From Klebsormidium nitens (Eukaryota > Plantae > Klebsormidiophyceae), in contig DF237510.1 of assembly GCA_000708835.1 (NCBI GenBank), positions 1 to 57,939 on the forward strand: 57,939 nt of DNA, read 5' to 3'. The position numbers and the translations under genes were made by a program. Position 1 is the first letter of the stretch, and the number at the start of each line of letters is the position of its first letter. A model generated the notes under the pieces. The model was not told the DNA's origin, searched no databases, and worked only from the letters and a program-made list of their open reading frames with translations. Positions 24,964 through 36,900 of the stretch are shown here, piece by piece.

Positions 24964-27900
24964 GTGCCAACTAGTTCAGCCGCTTCAGGTGTGTCCGCTG
25001 GAGAGCCAGCGCAACCCCCTCACGAAGTACTCCAGAGAGTCAGCTTTCACTTCCGTCTCTTTGTGCATCAACACTCTCCGAGTTCCATAAACTACTGGCT
25101 CGCACACTCTTGCCCCCAGCTTGTAGGTTTCCACAACATAGACATTCAGGTCTCTGACGCTGGCCTCGATGAAAGCCAGACCGGCAGACACTGGGAGGTG
25201 GGAATCTACAATGACGACTGCCGGTATCTGGACGCTTCTGATGGGGGCCCGGACTTTACGGCCCCCGTTCTACAAGATGTGAAGGCCTGCCCAGCCACAC
25301 TGCAGAAAAGCGGAGACTTTGCGTACAATTCTCAAAACATGACGCCGCTGTCTGCCAAGATCAGCCCATACAGTGAGGACTGGGAGTCGCCAACAGAATA
25401 CTTCGGGGTTGTTAAGGACAGTAAGTACACGGTGATTGGGGTCACTCTGAGCACTGAACGGAGGGTCTCCAAGAGGGAGTGGGGGGCGCTGCAATGTGAA
25501 AGGGCGCCAGCACCAAAGAGTGCACTGTTGAAGTCAGCAGCTCGAACAGGGGACATCATTCTTGTCGGTGGGGTGAGTTCTCGTGTGCAGTCTTATCCTT
25601 GTCCTTATCTTAGTACTTCTGAAATGATTTGTGATTGTATTTACAATGCAGATTTGTAATGAAGTACGTGACAGAGCCTGCATCTAGTGACGAATAGGGG
25701 CAAAATTCCAATTTCTGCTCTGGGCTAGAGGGTGAAGAGTCGTCTCACTGGGATCTAACCAGCCAAGTCGTTTTTTCATAATCTTCCAGGACCCTGATTC
25801 ATAAGAATATCCCATTTTTTTATGTCATGCTTCTCCCTCTCACTATAGCCTGCACTTGTGGGCCGAAACGTGTGGACCCTTGGCCTTGTTTGTCTGCTTG
25901 TTGTTAGTTCAAGAGGCCTGTACTCCGCAAGCTCTGGGTTACTCAGTCTTCCAGGCCACCACTGTCTTGTCACCTTTCCCAAACCGGAGACGACCGTTTG
26001 AAAGAAGGAGCGCATGGCGATAACCATGGGGCATCGTCAAAAACGATTCGCAGAGCAGGACTGAATGTTTTGGCCAGTGCCTTGCAGTCCCTCTTGCAGA
26101 ATGATGACGAAGTTGCTCCCACTTTCCCTCTCATATCTGTCTTCTGAAGATATTCGAATATAGGATCTGAAAATCAGCTGCTCAATGCAGCTCTTTCCTT
26201 TACTCCATGTCTGAGAAGCTCATCTGCTGCCACCTCTGGTTGGCGTGTCCACCTGCGGTTTGAAGCTAAGAAGAAGCCGAGTCCAACACAATCCAAAATC
26301 ATGACTGCATCTGTGATCCAGACTGAGCTACGATTTTGAAAGCATGGGGCGGCCTTTGCTCCTTCGTCAGAGCCACATCACAAGTTGCAACAGGTTGCTG
26401 GATTTTTTTCCCACCGCATGATACACAACTCCTGACTCACCCGATGGCTGCAGATCTCTAAAGAAGCGTCAACTTTGGTAGGAGAGGAGTCCAAAACACA
26501 TGTGAACTGCTTCTCCGTCTCCCCGACCACTAATTGGTGCCACTGCAGGAGAAGGTGAAGGCCGCCGTGCACCTTGCCGTTCTGGTCTATGCGCCCTATT
26601 TCGAGGTTAAATTGCGGGAGAAGTACTCAGGACAACAGACTCAAAATTTGCGCACCAAGGGACGCCTTCGTTTGCCATGTGACGTCAGCAAAGAGCGCAT
26701 GTCTCTGCTTGCAGGAGGGAGTGGAAGTCGCCGCGCACTCCGCCGTCCTGGTCGACGTGCCCGACACCGAAGTCAAAACCGAACGAGGAGAGGTCCTTCA
26801 CAAATGTAACAAGCTGCGCCTTTGTCTACAAAGTGACGTCAGCAAACAAAGCATACTTCTGCTTGCAACAGGGCGTGGAGGCTGCAGCGCACTACGCACT
26901 ACTGCTCGACGTGCCTTACTTCGGAGCATAAATGTGCGAAATGTAATCGGGGACAACAGCCCTAACCTTGCACAACAAGCCACACCCGCGCCTGCCAAAG
27001 TGACGTCAGCTAAGAAAGTATGTCTCTGCTTGCAGGATAGCGTCCAGGCCGCCGCGCTCACCACCTTCCTGGTCGATGTGCCCTACTTCGAGTCGAACTT
27101 GCGGGAAAAGTAATCAGGGACCAGAGCCTTATATTCTGCGTATCAAGGCACGCCTTCGTTTGCTATGTGACGTCAACATTGAAAGTATACTTTCGCTTGC
27201 AGGAGGGCGTGGAAGCCCCCGCGCACTCCGCCGTTCTGGTCGACGTGCCTTCCTTCGAAGCCAAGTTGCGGGATGCATTGTTGGGGACCACCGCCCGAAA
27301 GTTGCATCACAAGCTGCACCTTTGTCGGCCATGTGACGTCAGCAATGAAATCATGTCTCTGCTTTCAGGAGGGGGTGGAAGTTGCCACGCACTCTGCTGT
27401 CCTGGAAAACGTGCCCTACTTCGAAGCAAAGTTACAGAAGGAGTGGCCTTAACAAATGCATCAAGCTGCGCCTCTGGCTACCATCTGATGTCAGCTAAGA
27501 ACGTACATTTTTTGCTTGCAGGAGGGAGTGGAAGCCGCCGCGCACTCCGCTGTTTTGGTCGACGTGCCCTACTTCGAAGCGAAACTGAGGGAAGAGTGGT
27601 CGGGGACCACCGGGTGGAATCTGCACAACAAGCTGCGCCTGCGCTTGCCGTGCGCCGTCGACCAGAAAACCCTCAAGCTCTTCCTGCGGTGCATATACGG
27701 GGACGTCAAGCCGCTGTACAAGGTCGAGCCGACCAGCCTTTTGCTCCAGGTACGTCCTCGATCTAGTTTTTCTTTCACCAGGTATGTTGTCAGTCTGCTT
27801 AAACGAAAGTGTTGTCAAACTGGAACCAGGAAGCTTTTTCGTGTCGCAAGCACTTCTGATTGAAACTTTGAATTTGACTGGTTTCACTTGTTGGGTTCCG

Positions 27901-29827
27901 TCAGTCTCTGATGACAAGAAAGAGCGAGGGTCGCGGGGTGCCTGGCCGACTGGTATCTTTTGGTGCTTCACCGCCCTGCAAGGTTAAGGTTGCTGCCTGG
28001 TAAAGAGCAGTTTGGTGCTCGGTTGAGAGCGATGAGAAAGGCCCTGGCAAAGTCGCCATCTACAGATGCCTTGAAGATTCTGTCACGATTGCTAATCGAT
28101 TCTCCAGAGGCGCGCTTTTGATTCATACAAGGAAAGGACATGCTTCAGGACCCGAAATCGACCGGAACAAGGATTACACTAAGCAATTGTCAGCGTCATT
28201 TTGGGCCAAAAACCAGCGGGATATTATTTTGATGTACTGTGATTATCTGGGTCCTACTCCAAAGTACCTTTCCGTGCATGCCGTGGCTGGCAGTCCGTCC
28301 GAGGAACAGACCTTCGAACCACTGCTTTGAGGGGAAATAGTAACTTGTCTTGAGATCAAGTTTGTGTCTGAGGATCTCTCGCGAAGCCAACAAAGTGTCG
28401 CCTCATGATCTGTCCGTTCTCGTTCTCACCTCTGCTCGACTGGTCCTGTACTAATGGCTGCTCTCCTTATTTCGAAAGACTTTATTTCTGTGTCCGAGAC
28501 TGCCGTTTGTGAGTCGTTAAACGAGCTTGCCCGAACTGGCAGGATCTCCTCTTGCTCGCAGACACCTGCAACATTCCCGGTGTCTACGTGACGTCATCCT
28601 TGTATTAGACTTCCATTCAAGGATTCAAAGTATCCATACTCTTCTTCCTGCCGTGCTTATAGCGACCTCGAACCTCGTCTCGCCCTAGCTCTTTCACTAA
28701 ACCAGCATGCCCCACTGACAGGAGGTGCTTGCGCTCGCGGACGCCTGCAACATACCCGACGTGTGCGCTGACGTAATCCGCGTGGTGGAGGTGACGTCAG
28801 AGAACGTCAACTCGTGGCTAGAGTGGCTGCTGAAGGAGCACGGGGCGGACGCCGAGCCCATTCAGCAGCAGGTGGTAAAGGTGAGAACAAGTTTCGGTGA
28901 GGGGTTTGGCGATAAACAAACCGGGTTTGGCGATAACCAGAGCCGATCCTCGTTAAGAAGACTTTCCGCGCTGATTTTGGGTGGACTGCGAAACGTGACA
29001 CGCAGGAATATGGATAAGTTCCAGCGTCGTAGAGAGAGCAACTATCGTGTTGTGGGATCGGAGACGTCACTCGGCATGGTGTATGACGTGGCAGGAGCTG
29101 GTGCGCGGCAGAATGACGAAAATACTGCTCTGTTCTCGCTCTCTCCGCACGGCACGTTTCAGCAATTCCTCTTCCAACCGTCTTGCTGTGTGGCGACACA
29201 TCTCGGGACTGGAGATCGACTTTCCCTGCTTCAGCCAGGTTGTGGCATTTGCGCAGCCTCAGTGGTGCGCTTCGTAAGCCTTTGAAACAGACCTAGGAAG
29301 GAGACGTTCTCTAGTGTTCATCTGCTTCCAATGATCTAAAACTGCTTGACTGTTTGTGGAGTCGTCGGGAGAAAGAAGGCTGCGGCAGCAAGCATCTTCC
29401 GTGAGCTCCGGGGAAGTCCACGTTCGGGAAGGATGCGGGGTCAAACCTGAGAAAACTTGCAGAGGACGGATCCGGATAAAGGTTTTTGTAGGAGTCCTCT
29501 CCAACTACTGTGGCCCCATAGTCTGTACAGGAGTAACAGCATCGTGTCTCGCCCTCTTACCAGGATTCTGAGAACGTCAACTCTTCTCTTCCAACGGTCC
29601 TTTTTGTGTTTACTCCCACATTTTGTGCCTTAAGGATTCATGAGACTTGCGGGATGCGCACATTGCTTGACGGGCGACTAACGAGGGCTCTCCTACCGCT
29701 TCGCTATTTGCAGGTCATGCGAGACCAGTTACAAAGCGCATTGGAACGGCAGAAGCTCACGGTAGAGCAGCTTGCCGCTATGTCGAGGTTCTTGGCCGGA
29801 AGTGACTCCTTACAAGTTGCTCCATAG
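24964..29827 (+). CDS. BTB/POZ-domain protein, paralog A (5' end uncertain, possibly disrupted)
   Basis: Exons (?)-25572, 27522-27749 (228 nt), 28722-28880 (159), 29714-29827 (114), all phase 0. The splice gives GDIILVGG|EGVEAAAHSAVLVDVPYFEAKLREEWS...LKLFLRCIY...VLALADACNIPDVC, a BTB-like D-x-x-L...AH-x-x-VL...YF pattern. Confidence 0.72.
26500..27640 (+). repeat. Seven-copy ~153-167 bp tandem array of (intron 3' end + acceptor + first ~120 nt of BTB-A exon 2)
   Basis: Acceptor-equivalent positions 26546, 26712, 26866, 27033, 27200, 27366, 27519. Most units contain TGACGTCA...TTGCAG|GAGGGNGTGGAAG-CGCCGC-CACTCCGC-GT-CTGGTCGACGTGCC. Only the last copy continues into the full exon. Confidence 0.93.
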
Positions 29828-30995
29828 TCAAAGATTGTCGGGCGAGATGTTGAATGAATTGGAGCTGACCCGGGAAAGTTGGCCGCGGTCGAGCTTATTA
29901 TGGAGTGTACCCAGTATGCTAGATTAGAATCGTTTGCAACTCCAAACCTGTGAGTCCGAGATCAGCAGATTCTACAGTTGCTCTAAGCCTGGAGCAGCGA
30001 CTTGTGTAAGCAAGCAAATCAAAGGTGACGCTCGGCGGCTGCTCAGGCCACGACGCCTGGCCATGGCAGACGTGGCAGGCACTGGCAGCTTGCTATGTGG
30101 TACGGCCTTGAGTGCGTTTTGTCTGCATGCTTATGGAACCTTTGTAGTCACGCATACGCGTAGGCGGCTCACTTGCAGGCACAATTCGGGCTGAGTGTCA
30201 CGAATTTGTCCCATGTACGCTGGCGCTCTAGAACATGGTGCTGATGACATGGTTACGTGAATGAGTACGCATTCATTGAATGATTGAATGGTGTTCATTC
30301 CACTTGGAGATTTATGCATATGGCCGCGCACAAGTGTACGGCCCGAGCATGATCTCGGAAGCACTGAGGGTTCAGGCTGCCCCAGTGCATGCCAAAACCG
30401 GCCGGGCCCTGCGCCAGCTCGCGTGGCACCTATCAAAACTGGCTAATAGCATACATGCCGGGAATCGGATATAGTATAGCTATAGATTCGACAAACCTAG
30501 CTAGACCCATGAGGAGTCGTCTCGGACGTGATTGGACGGTCGACTGCTCATGCATGCAGTCGGCTGCACGTTTTGTGTCCATAGTACAATAAATAGAAAA
30601 GCGTCAACGCAACCGGCCGGGTTGTCGTTGAAAGTGCCATGACGGTACGGTGGCCATGCAATGTGCTAAAGATTATCGGTTCTGAAGAGGGCAGATATTG
30701 CCAGCCAAGGAGTTTTCTTTGAAATTCAATACTCTAGATCCATAAAGTATGCCGGCCGACTAACGCAGCTTGGCTCTGGCTCTTCTTATCGGTCGACGAT
30801 ATCCTCAGATGGTGCGGAAGACCAGGCCGCCTGCAATGATGGGTGTTCTGCAAGATCTGGCAACTATTTGAAATTGAATGTCGATCACATATCCTATTTT
30901 TTTGATAACGTTCGCAAGAGCTTACTCTCGGAGGGACTGTAGCATGTTAGGACGTTGTTCCTGCAGGAAGTGTAGACGTACTAAATTTCAACCCA

Positions 30996-31091
30996 CTAAG
31001 CTGTCCTAGCATGTACCCTATTCCGAGCCTGGAGAACTAACGCTTGTATCTCGTCTTTCACGCGCTGGTCGAGCAGACGCCTGGCCGCTTT
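30996..31091 (-). pseudogene. 3' remnant of host gene C split by the transposon
   Basis: Reads (K)AARRLLDQRVKDEIQALVLQARNRVHARTA*. It joins in frame with ...LYFSNVEEADK at 50677 once the element and one TTT are removed. Confidence 0.8.
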
Positions 31092-31117
31092 CACAGGGCG
31101 GATTCCCGTTTCCCCGG
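31092..31117 (+). repeat. Left TIR CACAGGGCGGATTCCCGTTTCCCCGG
   Basis: Exact reverse complement of 50651-50676. Confidence 0.95.
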
Positions 31118-31330
31118 AGGTCGGGGAACCTCCGGGCAGCACCCCGGGGAGCGCGTTCCCCGGCCATTTGCCCGGACTTGGGCCATGTCCGGAATAGTTG
31201 TCAGGTCCCCGGGGTTTGCCCGGCCATCGGGCAATAAGTCCGGGCAATCAACCCCGGGCAACAAGGTCGGGCAACAGCAAACACATGTCCGGGCAACAAC
31301 AGTGCAGTGCAACCCCGGGCAAACAGCGGG
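31118..31330 (+). repeat. Left subterminal repeat region (multiple CCGGGCAA / CCCCGG motifs)
   Basis: About five or more (C/T)CGGGCAA copies plus CCCCGG/CCGGGG motifs, mirrored by TTGCCCGG at the right end. Confidence 0.8.
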
Positions 31331-33986
31331 GAATGATAGGGGAAAGAGAACGGCAATTATTCATGCATTTAACGCAACTGGCTCACAGCCTGTCTGAGAA
31401 AAGGTCAATAAAGAGGACGTTACAGTCAGTCTGGTTGCTTCTAGGTAGCGATCAAGCAACACGCTCGGACTGTAGCAGCCAAGCTTTGATGTTTCTCAGC
31501 TAAGAAGTGTTTCCCGACGAAAGCGGTAGTCTTAGCGAAGCCTCTCTGACTTGAAGTACACTGCACAACTCCAAACCGTGGACTACATTCTAAGAAAGGT
31601 TCCAGTCCCGTTCCAGTGCCAGTCTGTTTTTCAACTCTAACAAACCCGGCTCGATTGCAAGTTATTGATCTACCAGCTGCCAGGCAAAGCTCCCGAGCCT
31701 TGCGGCCCCGTTCCTCGTCACCATGCCCTGATTGCTTGTCTTCTGCACAAGCGAAGAGAACTGCCTCAGATTATGTAGTGAATTTATGCACGCAAACACG
31801 ATCCTGAAAGTTGTTGCGGGGGAACGCGTCTTGGCGGTTTCAAAAGTAAGCTGTCGTCGAAGAAGCGATTCAAAGTCTCACGTAATCAAACAGCTTGGAA
31901 TAGAACGAGATTTCTTCCTCAAAAAGCGTGGGCTATCAAATTACATTTTTCCGATTATTCTCACTTCAATAATGATCCGATGTGTTCCGTTTCTTGCCGA
32001 TGACTCAAAAACGGGAAGCTTTAGCGAACAGTATGAATGCAGACTGCAAGTTCTGCAAATCGAATTCAGCTTAACTGACTAGATTCTCTTCAGAGCTGCG
32101 CTCTTACTACGCACCTTCCTGCGGAAGAGGATTCAACGACTTGTCAGTTCGCGTTCCGTTTGGGTGCAATTGGGCATGATTGTTTCTGGCATTCGAGCGC
32201 CGCAGAGCTTCCGACGATGCAACTTGCTTTGCACGTCGTCTTGTATCCAAGAGTTTCGGAAGCGCAGCAAAAATCATACGCGTTTCGAGTTCATCGCTAT
32301 GAAGGCCTGGTTCAGCGACAGTTCATTACGCCCGATCGAACCTTTGATGGATCGAGATACAAAGCACGTCGCGACGTACTTGAGATGAGATTGAATGATT
32401 AAAGAGAGGCGCCGCCTTAGACTGCTCACCTGGACTTTACAGGAATAACTGAACTTTCTGTATGTCATCAGCCTGAAAGGAGATGTACGTAACCGTGTCA
32501 GTCACACAACGTATAAGCTAGAAAAATTCACATCAGCTTTGAAGGAGTCTCGGGACCTTGCATTCAAGCCAGTCACAGACTGTTTGACTCTGACCAGCAG
32601 CATGACCAGCAAGCAGCTGCTTTCACGCGCCAATTCCGTTCAAAGACAGCTCACGTCGCAGATTCCGGACGAAGTGTTCTTTAGAAAGAGGCTGAGCCTG
32701 CTCACCTCAACTATGCAGACGTGAAAGAAACTTCATTTGTTGACCCGAAAGCAGAAAATAGTGTCAGACGTACGTAGGCCGCGAGCGCAAGCATGCGTCT
32801 GCGCGATGAACGCCGGCCTCTTCGATATAAGGCGCGCCAACTATCGCGCGACATAACTTCTTACCAAAGCCGATCTGCGCTTGTTTGGAGGCGAAAAACT
32901 TCTGCGCCGAAACTGACGGCCGCTCTGATCTGCTCATGGTGCTTCGGTTCAGCGCACTAAACCCTAAAAACCCGTAGTACAGTTTTTCGAATCCCTGATA
33001 CTCAAAACCCTTGACGCCCTGACGCCTGGCATTCCAACCAGTCTTGTCGGTGCCCCGTTCAAGCACCGCTCTCCCTCTAAGCCAGCCGTCGTTCTTGCAG
33101 ATTTCAAACCGATTTCTTTAACCGCGCCCACTCCGACATCCACGATGCCAGTCGTGCAGGGAGAAGAGCTTCAAGTTCCTGAAAGGCGGTCACTTAACCC
33201 GCGCCCGCTAAACCCGCCTATTCTGATGATTATGATGCTTCCAAAGTCCGATTCCTATTAAAACACCGCCCTTTCCAACATTCACAATTCTTGTCCAGTA
33301 GGGCGGAAAGCTCCAATTTTCTGAACCCAGATCCTTAGCATCGCCCAGTCCGACAATCACGGTCGCTGTCCTGCAGGGAATCCTGAAACCCCATAGTCTT
33401 GAACCCCGATCCCTAAATCCTAACTTAAATTTCGAACCCAACCATTTCAAACCCCGTTTTCCAAATCCCGCCCACGTTTACATTCTCTCTGAAAGCTTCG
33501 ACCCCGATCGGTGGCTCCCAGGAGGTGAAGCCAAGCCACCGAAACACAACGAGGCGTACTGGCCATACGGTACCGGGCCGCGGGTGCATGCGCATTGGCA
33601 AAGGGTTTGCGATGATCAAAAGCAATCTGCTTAGCAAAACCCGAGCAGTTTCTTAACGCTGGAATCGGCTACAGCCGCTTCCGAGCATCCTGCCAGTCTC
33701 AGTTACAGAGGAGCGTTTCAGTTGCTTCTCAGACTTTCGCCTGAATGCTGATCTTAAGATACCAACTCTTGTGCGGGCTCCGAACTCAGAAGCGTGCTTA
33801 AGACGATGTTTCTGCTTAGAGCCGATGCTCTGGACTCGTGGGGGCTCCGACCCACTTTGAAATACATTCAGAAAGCCCCTCAAGGTACTGTACAGATGCT
33901 TCGATTCTGTCCCTCGGTCGGAACCCTGTAGGCTCGGAGTGCTTAAGCAGTGCCCTTGGAGAAATTCTCAGATGCAGAGTATTTAC

Positions 33987-36900
33987 CTAAGAGATGAAGA
34001 CCTCGTTCGGGCTCAGCTTCGCCCCGTCGTCGCGCCACTTCTTGTTGGCGATGTAAACGCGGCTTTCTTCGATGGCGCCTTCGCTGAGCAGCTTGAGCAG
34101 GTACGGCAGATCGAAGTCCTCCAACTCTGGCGACTTCGAGATGTTGTCAAGCTTGAGGCTATTGATTGCCTTGATGACTTCCTTCCGAGAGACCTACGCG
34201 GAAAATGAAGGCAGGAGCGAAGCATTTAGAAAGTTGTGTATGCAGACAAAGGGCAATTCTGGTTTTGAAGTGAAAGCCCATCCAATGACTGCATTCGATC
34301 TGCTTCCGTGATTCCAGGCGAAGAGGCTCAGGCGGGGGGCTCTTTGCAGCTGATCCGGTCTGCTCCTTTGTGGTCTTTCTGAACCTCAATCCAAGTTACG
34401 AAACTTTGCCAGACGGCACGTCGCTGTCAAAGGCATGATCGAAGCTTGCGAACTCTTTCCAAACTCCATACAAGTCCGAGGAAGATTAACGGCCAGACTT
34501 CAAGAGGGCACGACGACCGGAGTTTCTCTCGGTGCGCGCGCGTGTCCGCGTGCTGCCGGTCAAGCACCTGCGGAAAACGGAACGGAACCGGAACGGAATA
34601 CTACAGGAACGGACTGAAACGTGAAGGAAAACCCGAAAAGAAAAAGACCGCTCCTAGCAAGGGGGTTTCTCCCGGTGCACGCGCGCGCCCGCGTCTTGCT
34701 GGTCCTAATCCGGCGGAACGGAAGCGGAACGGAACCGGAACGGAAAGCTACCGGAACGACATTGAAGCGCCACGACCAGACTTCAAGGGCGCAAAACGGC
34801 GAGACTTCAACAGACAATAACGGTCAGATTTCAAGGGAGAATAGCAGCCAGACTTCAAGGGGGCACAACGACCATAGTCTCTCCCCGTGCGCGTGCGCGT
34901 GGCCGCGTGCTGCCGGCCAAGCCTCAGTGAAACGGAAAAAACGGAATCGGAACGGAAAGCTTTAGGAACAAACTCAAAAGGGAAGGGGATTCAAAAGGAA
35001 AAGACCGCTGCGCGCAAGGGGGGTTCTCTTGGTGCTCGCGCGTGTCCAAGAGAACTAGGATTGCAGTAAGCAGAGTGGTAACCAGGATGTTTCAGATCAC
35101 AAACCGCAGCAAGCAAACTGCGGTTTTCTCTTGCAACGGAATTTTTAAATCAGACTTTCAGTTCGGATCTCAGCAAACATCATCGGCTTCTGTACTCAAA
35201 TCTCAAAAGATTCGGTCACCCACACTCCATTTCCTGCGAGTTTTGGGTTGAACGATCTTTTTCCATTACAGAAAAGACAATCAAGTTTGAAGCAGTTTGG
35301 AAGCGGCTCTAGTCTCACCCTGTCGCACCAATTGCGTCATTGCCGAAACTAATCCTGGGAAAGAACGAAAGGACGAAGTTTCGCTCACTAGCTAGGGAAC
35401 TCTCAATGAAGGCCCCACGCACCTTCACATCTTCCTTACCTGGTATATGTACTTCACGCGCAGGTACTTCATGGCGATTATCTCGTAGTTGAAGACCATA
35501 TGTTTGTCGATCTTCTCGCCCTTGTCCTCAAATGTGCCCCCCATTGGCAGGTCGCAAACCGGGTCTTCGTCCGAATCCGGATCTGACGACTCGATGACGT
35601 CACCCGCAAGGTCCAGTTCCTCCTCGCTACATTCGGGGTCGCCCTTCTTTTGTCGCTGGGACTTTGGTCCGGCCGTTCCGTTTCTGCCCCGCTTTCTTCC
35701 ATCTGCACCCTTCGCCCGTTTTTCCGCAGCTTCCCCCGCTTCCCCAGCAAGCCCAAACTCGCACTCGCAACCCAGTGCCTTGCAAAGTCTCGGTTCGTGG
35801 ATCTTTCGCTGCTTCACAGCGTTCCGTTTTGGGCGCGCGGCGATTTCGTCTTCGTTTTTTCCGTTCCCGGCTCCGCTTTCTTCTTGGGGTTCGGTTGCGT
35901 TCTTTTCCGGGTCCTTCCTTTCAGCTTGCTCTAGGTGAAGTCCAGCCCCTTGATTTTTGTTTGTGGCCCCTTCTTCTTCCCCACTGGCTCCGCGGCTTTT
36001 CGTCTCGTCCTTTCTGCTATCAGCGTTCTCCCGTTCAATCTCCGAGTTCTTACCGTTCTGGTTTTCTTTGGGTTTGCTCGGCTTCGTACTTGGCCCGTCG
36101 CTCTTTGATTTTTTCTTTGAAGACTTGTCACCGCCTTTCCCTTTTCCGCTTCCGCTCTCTTCCGTCCGTTCCTCTCGAATCCGCTTCCCCTTTCCGCTTC
36201 CCTTCTCCTCGTTTCGTTCTTTTGGTACGTGCAGACTGCCCTTGGCGTCCCGCTGTGGCTGCTCCTCTAGGCCTTTGTTTGGCTCTGCTTGCTTTTCGGA
36301 TTTGCTTTCCGGACTGCCAGACAAGCCTGAGGGGGGATGATCGGCGGCCGGAGTTGCTGTCGGCACTGCAGCTTCCCAGACAGGCGCCGAACCGCTCGCC
36401 TTGCTGGCGGGAGTGAACGAGGTTGCCTCCCGGCTCCCTCCAACCTGGAAACATAGACAAAACTAGCGTCAAGTTCAGTTGAGCGTGGGAAATAAGCAAA
36501 CGGTTGGACTTTGCAAAGGCCAGGGTGCGTGCGTGCGCGTATGCTGCGCGCGATGTTACCTGCTATTGAGCTTGCTGATCAAAAGTTGTCTAACATTGTT
36601 GTCGCACCTAAAGGTGATTGGAAAAAGAAAGCGTTTGATAAGTGTTTGGAATCAGTCATCAAAGCGCGCAGCACACGAGGGACTTGGAACGAAACGGGTT
36701 CACAGAATACCCGGGTTAAACACCAGTTCAAGCCCTTCACATGCAAAACCGTTGTGCACAAGCAAACGCTGTTTTGGGAACGCTGCAGATAATCTATTCG
36801 TCAACGTCTGCCGTGCAACATCCAAAAGCAAGGGACTGAAAGTTGTCCTCTGAGATTCTATCCACCTTCAAAATGCGGCCCAGTCTGGCGCTAAAGCACG

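Noticed and set aside
26500-27640. Regularly spaced repeats resembling a CRISPR array
   Set aside because: The units are contiguous ~160-bp homologous copies of an intron-exon junction with no unique spacers, in a eukaryotic context with no cas genes.
31092-31098. TIR start CACAGGG resembles the RAG/Transib RSS heptamer CACAGTG
   Set aside because: The TSD is 3 bp (5-bp flanks GCTTT/TTTGT do not match), no nonamer is evident, and the transposase motifs are EnSpm/CACTA-type rather than RAG1-like.
35489-36416. Plus-strand F/S/P-rich ORFs
   Set aside because: Antisense shadows of the K/E-rich exon of gene D.
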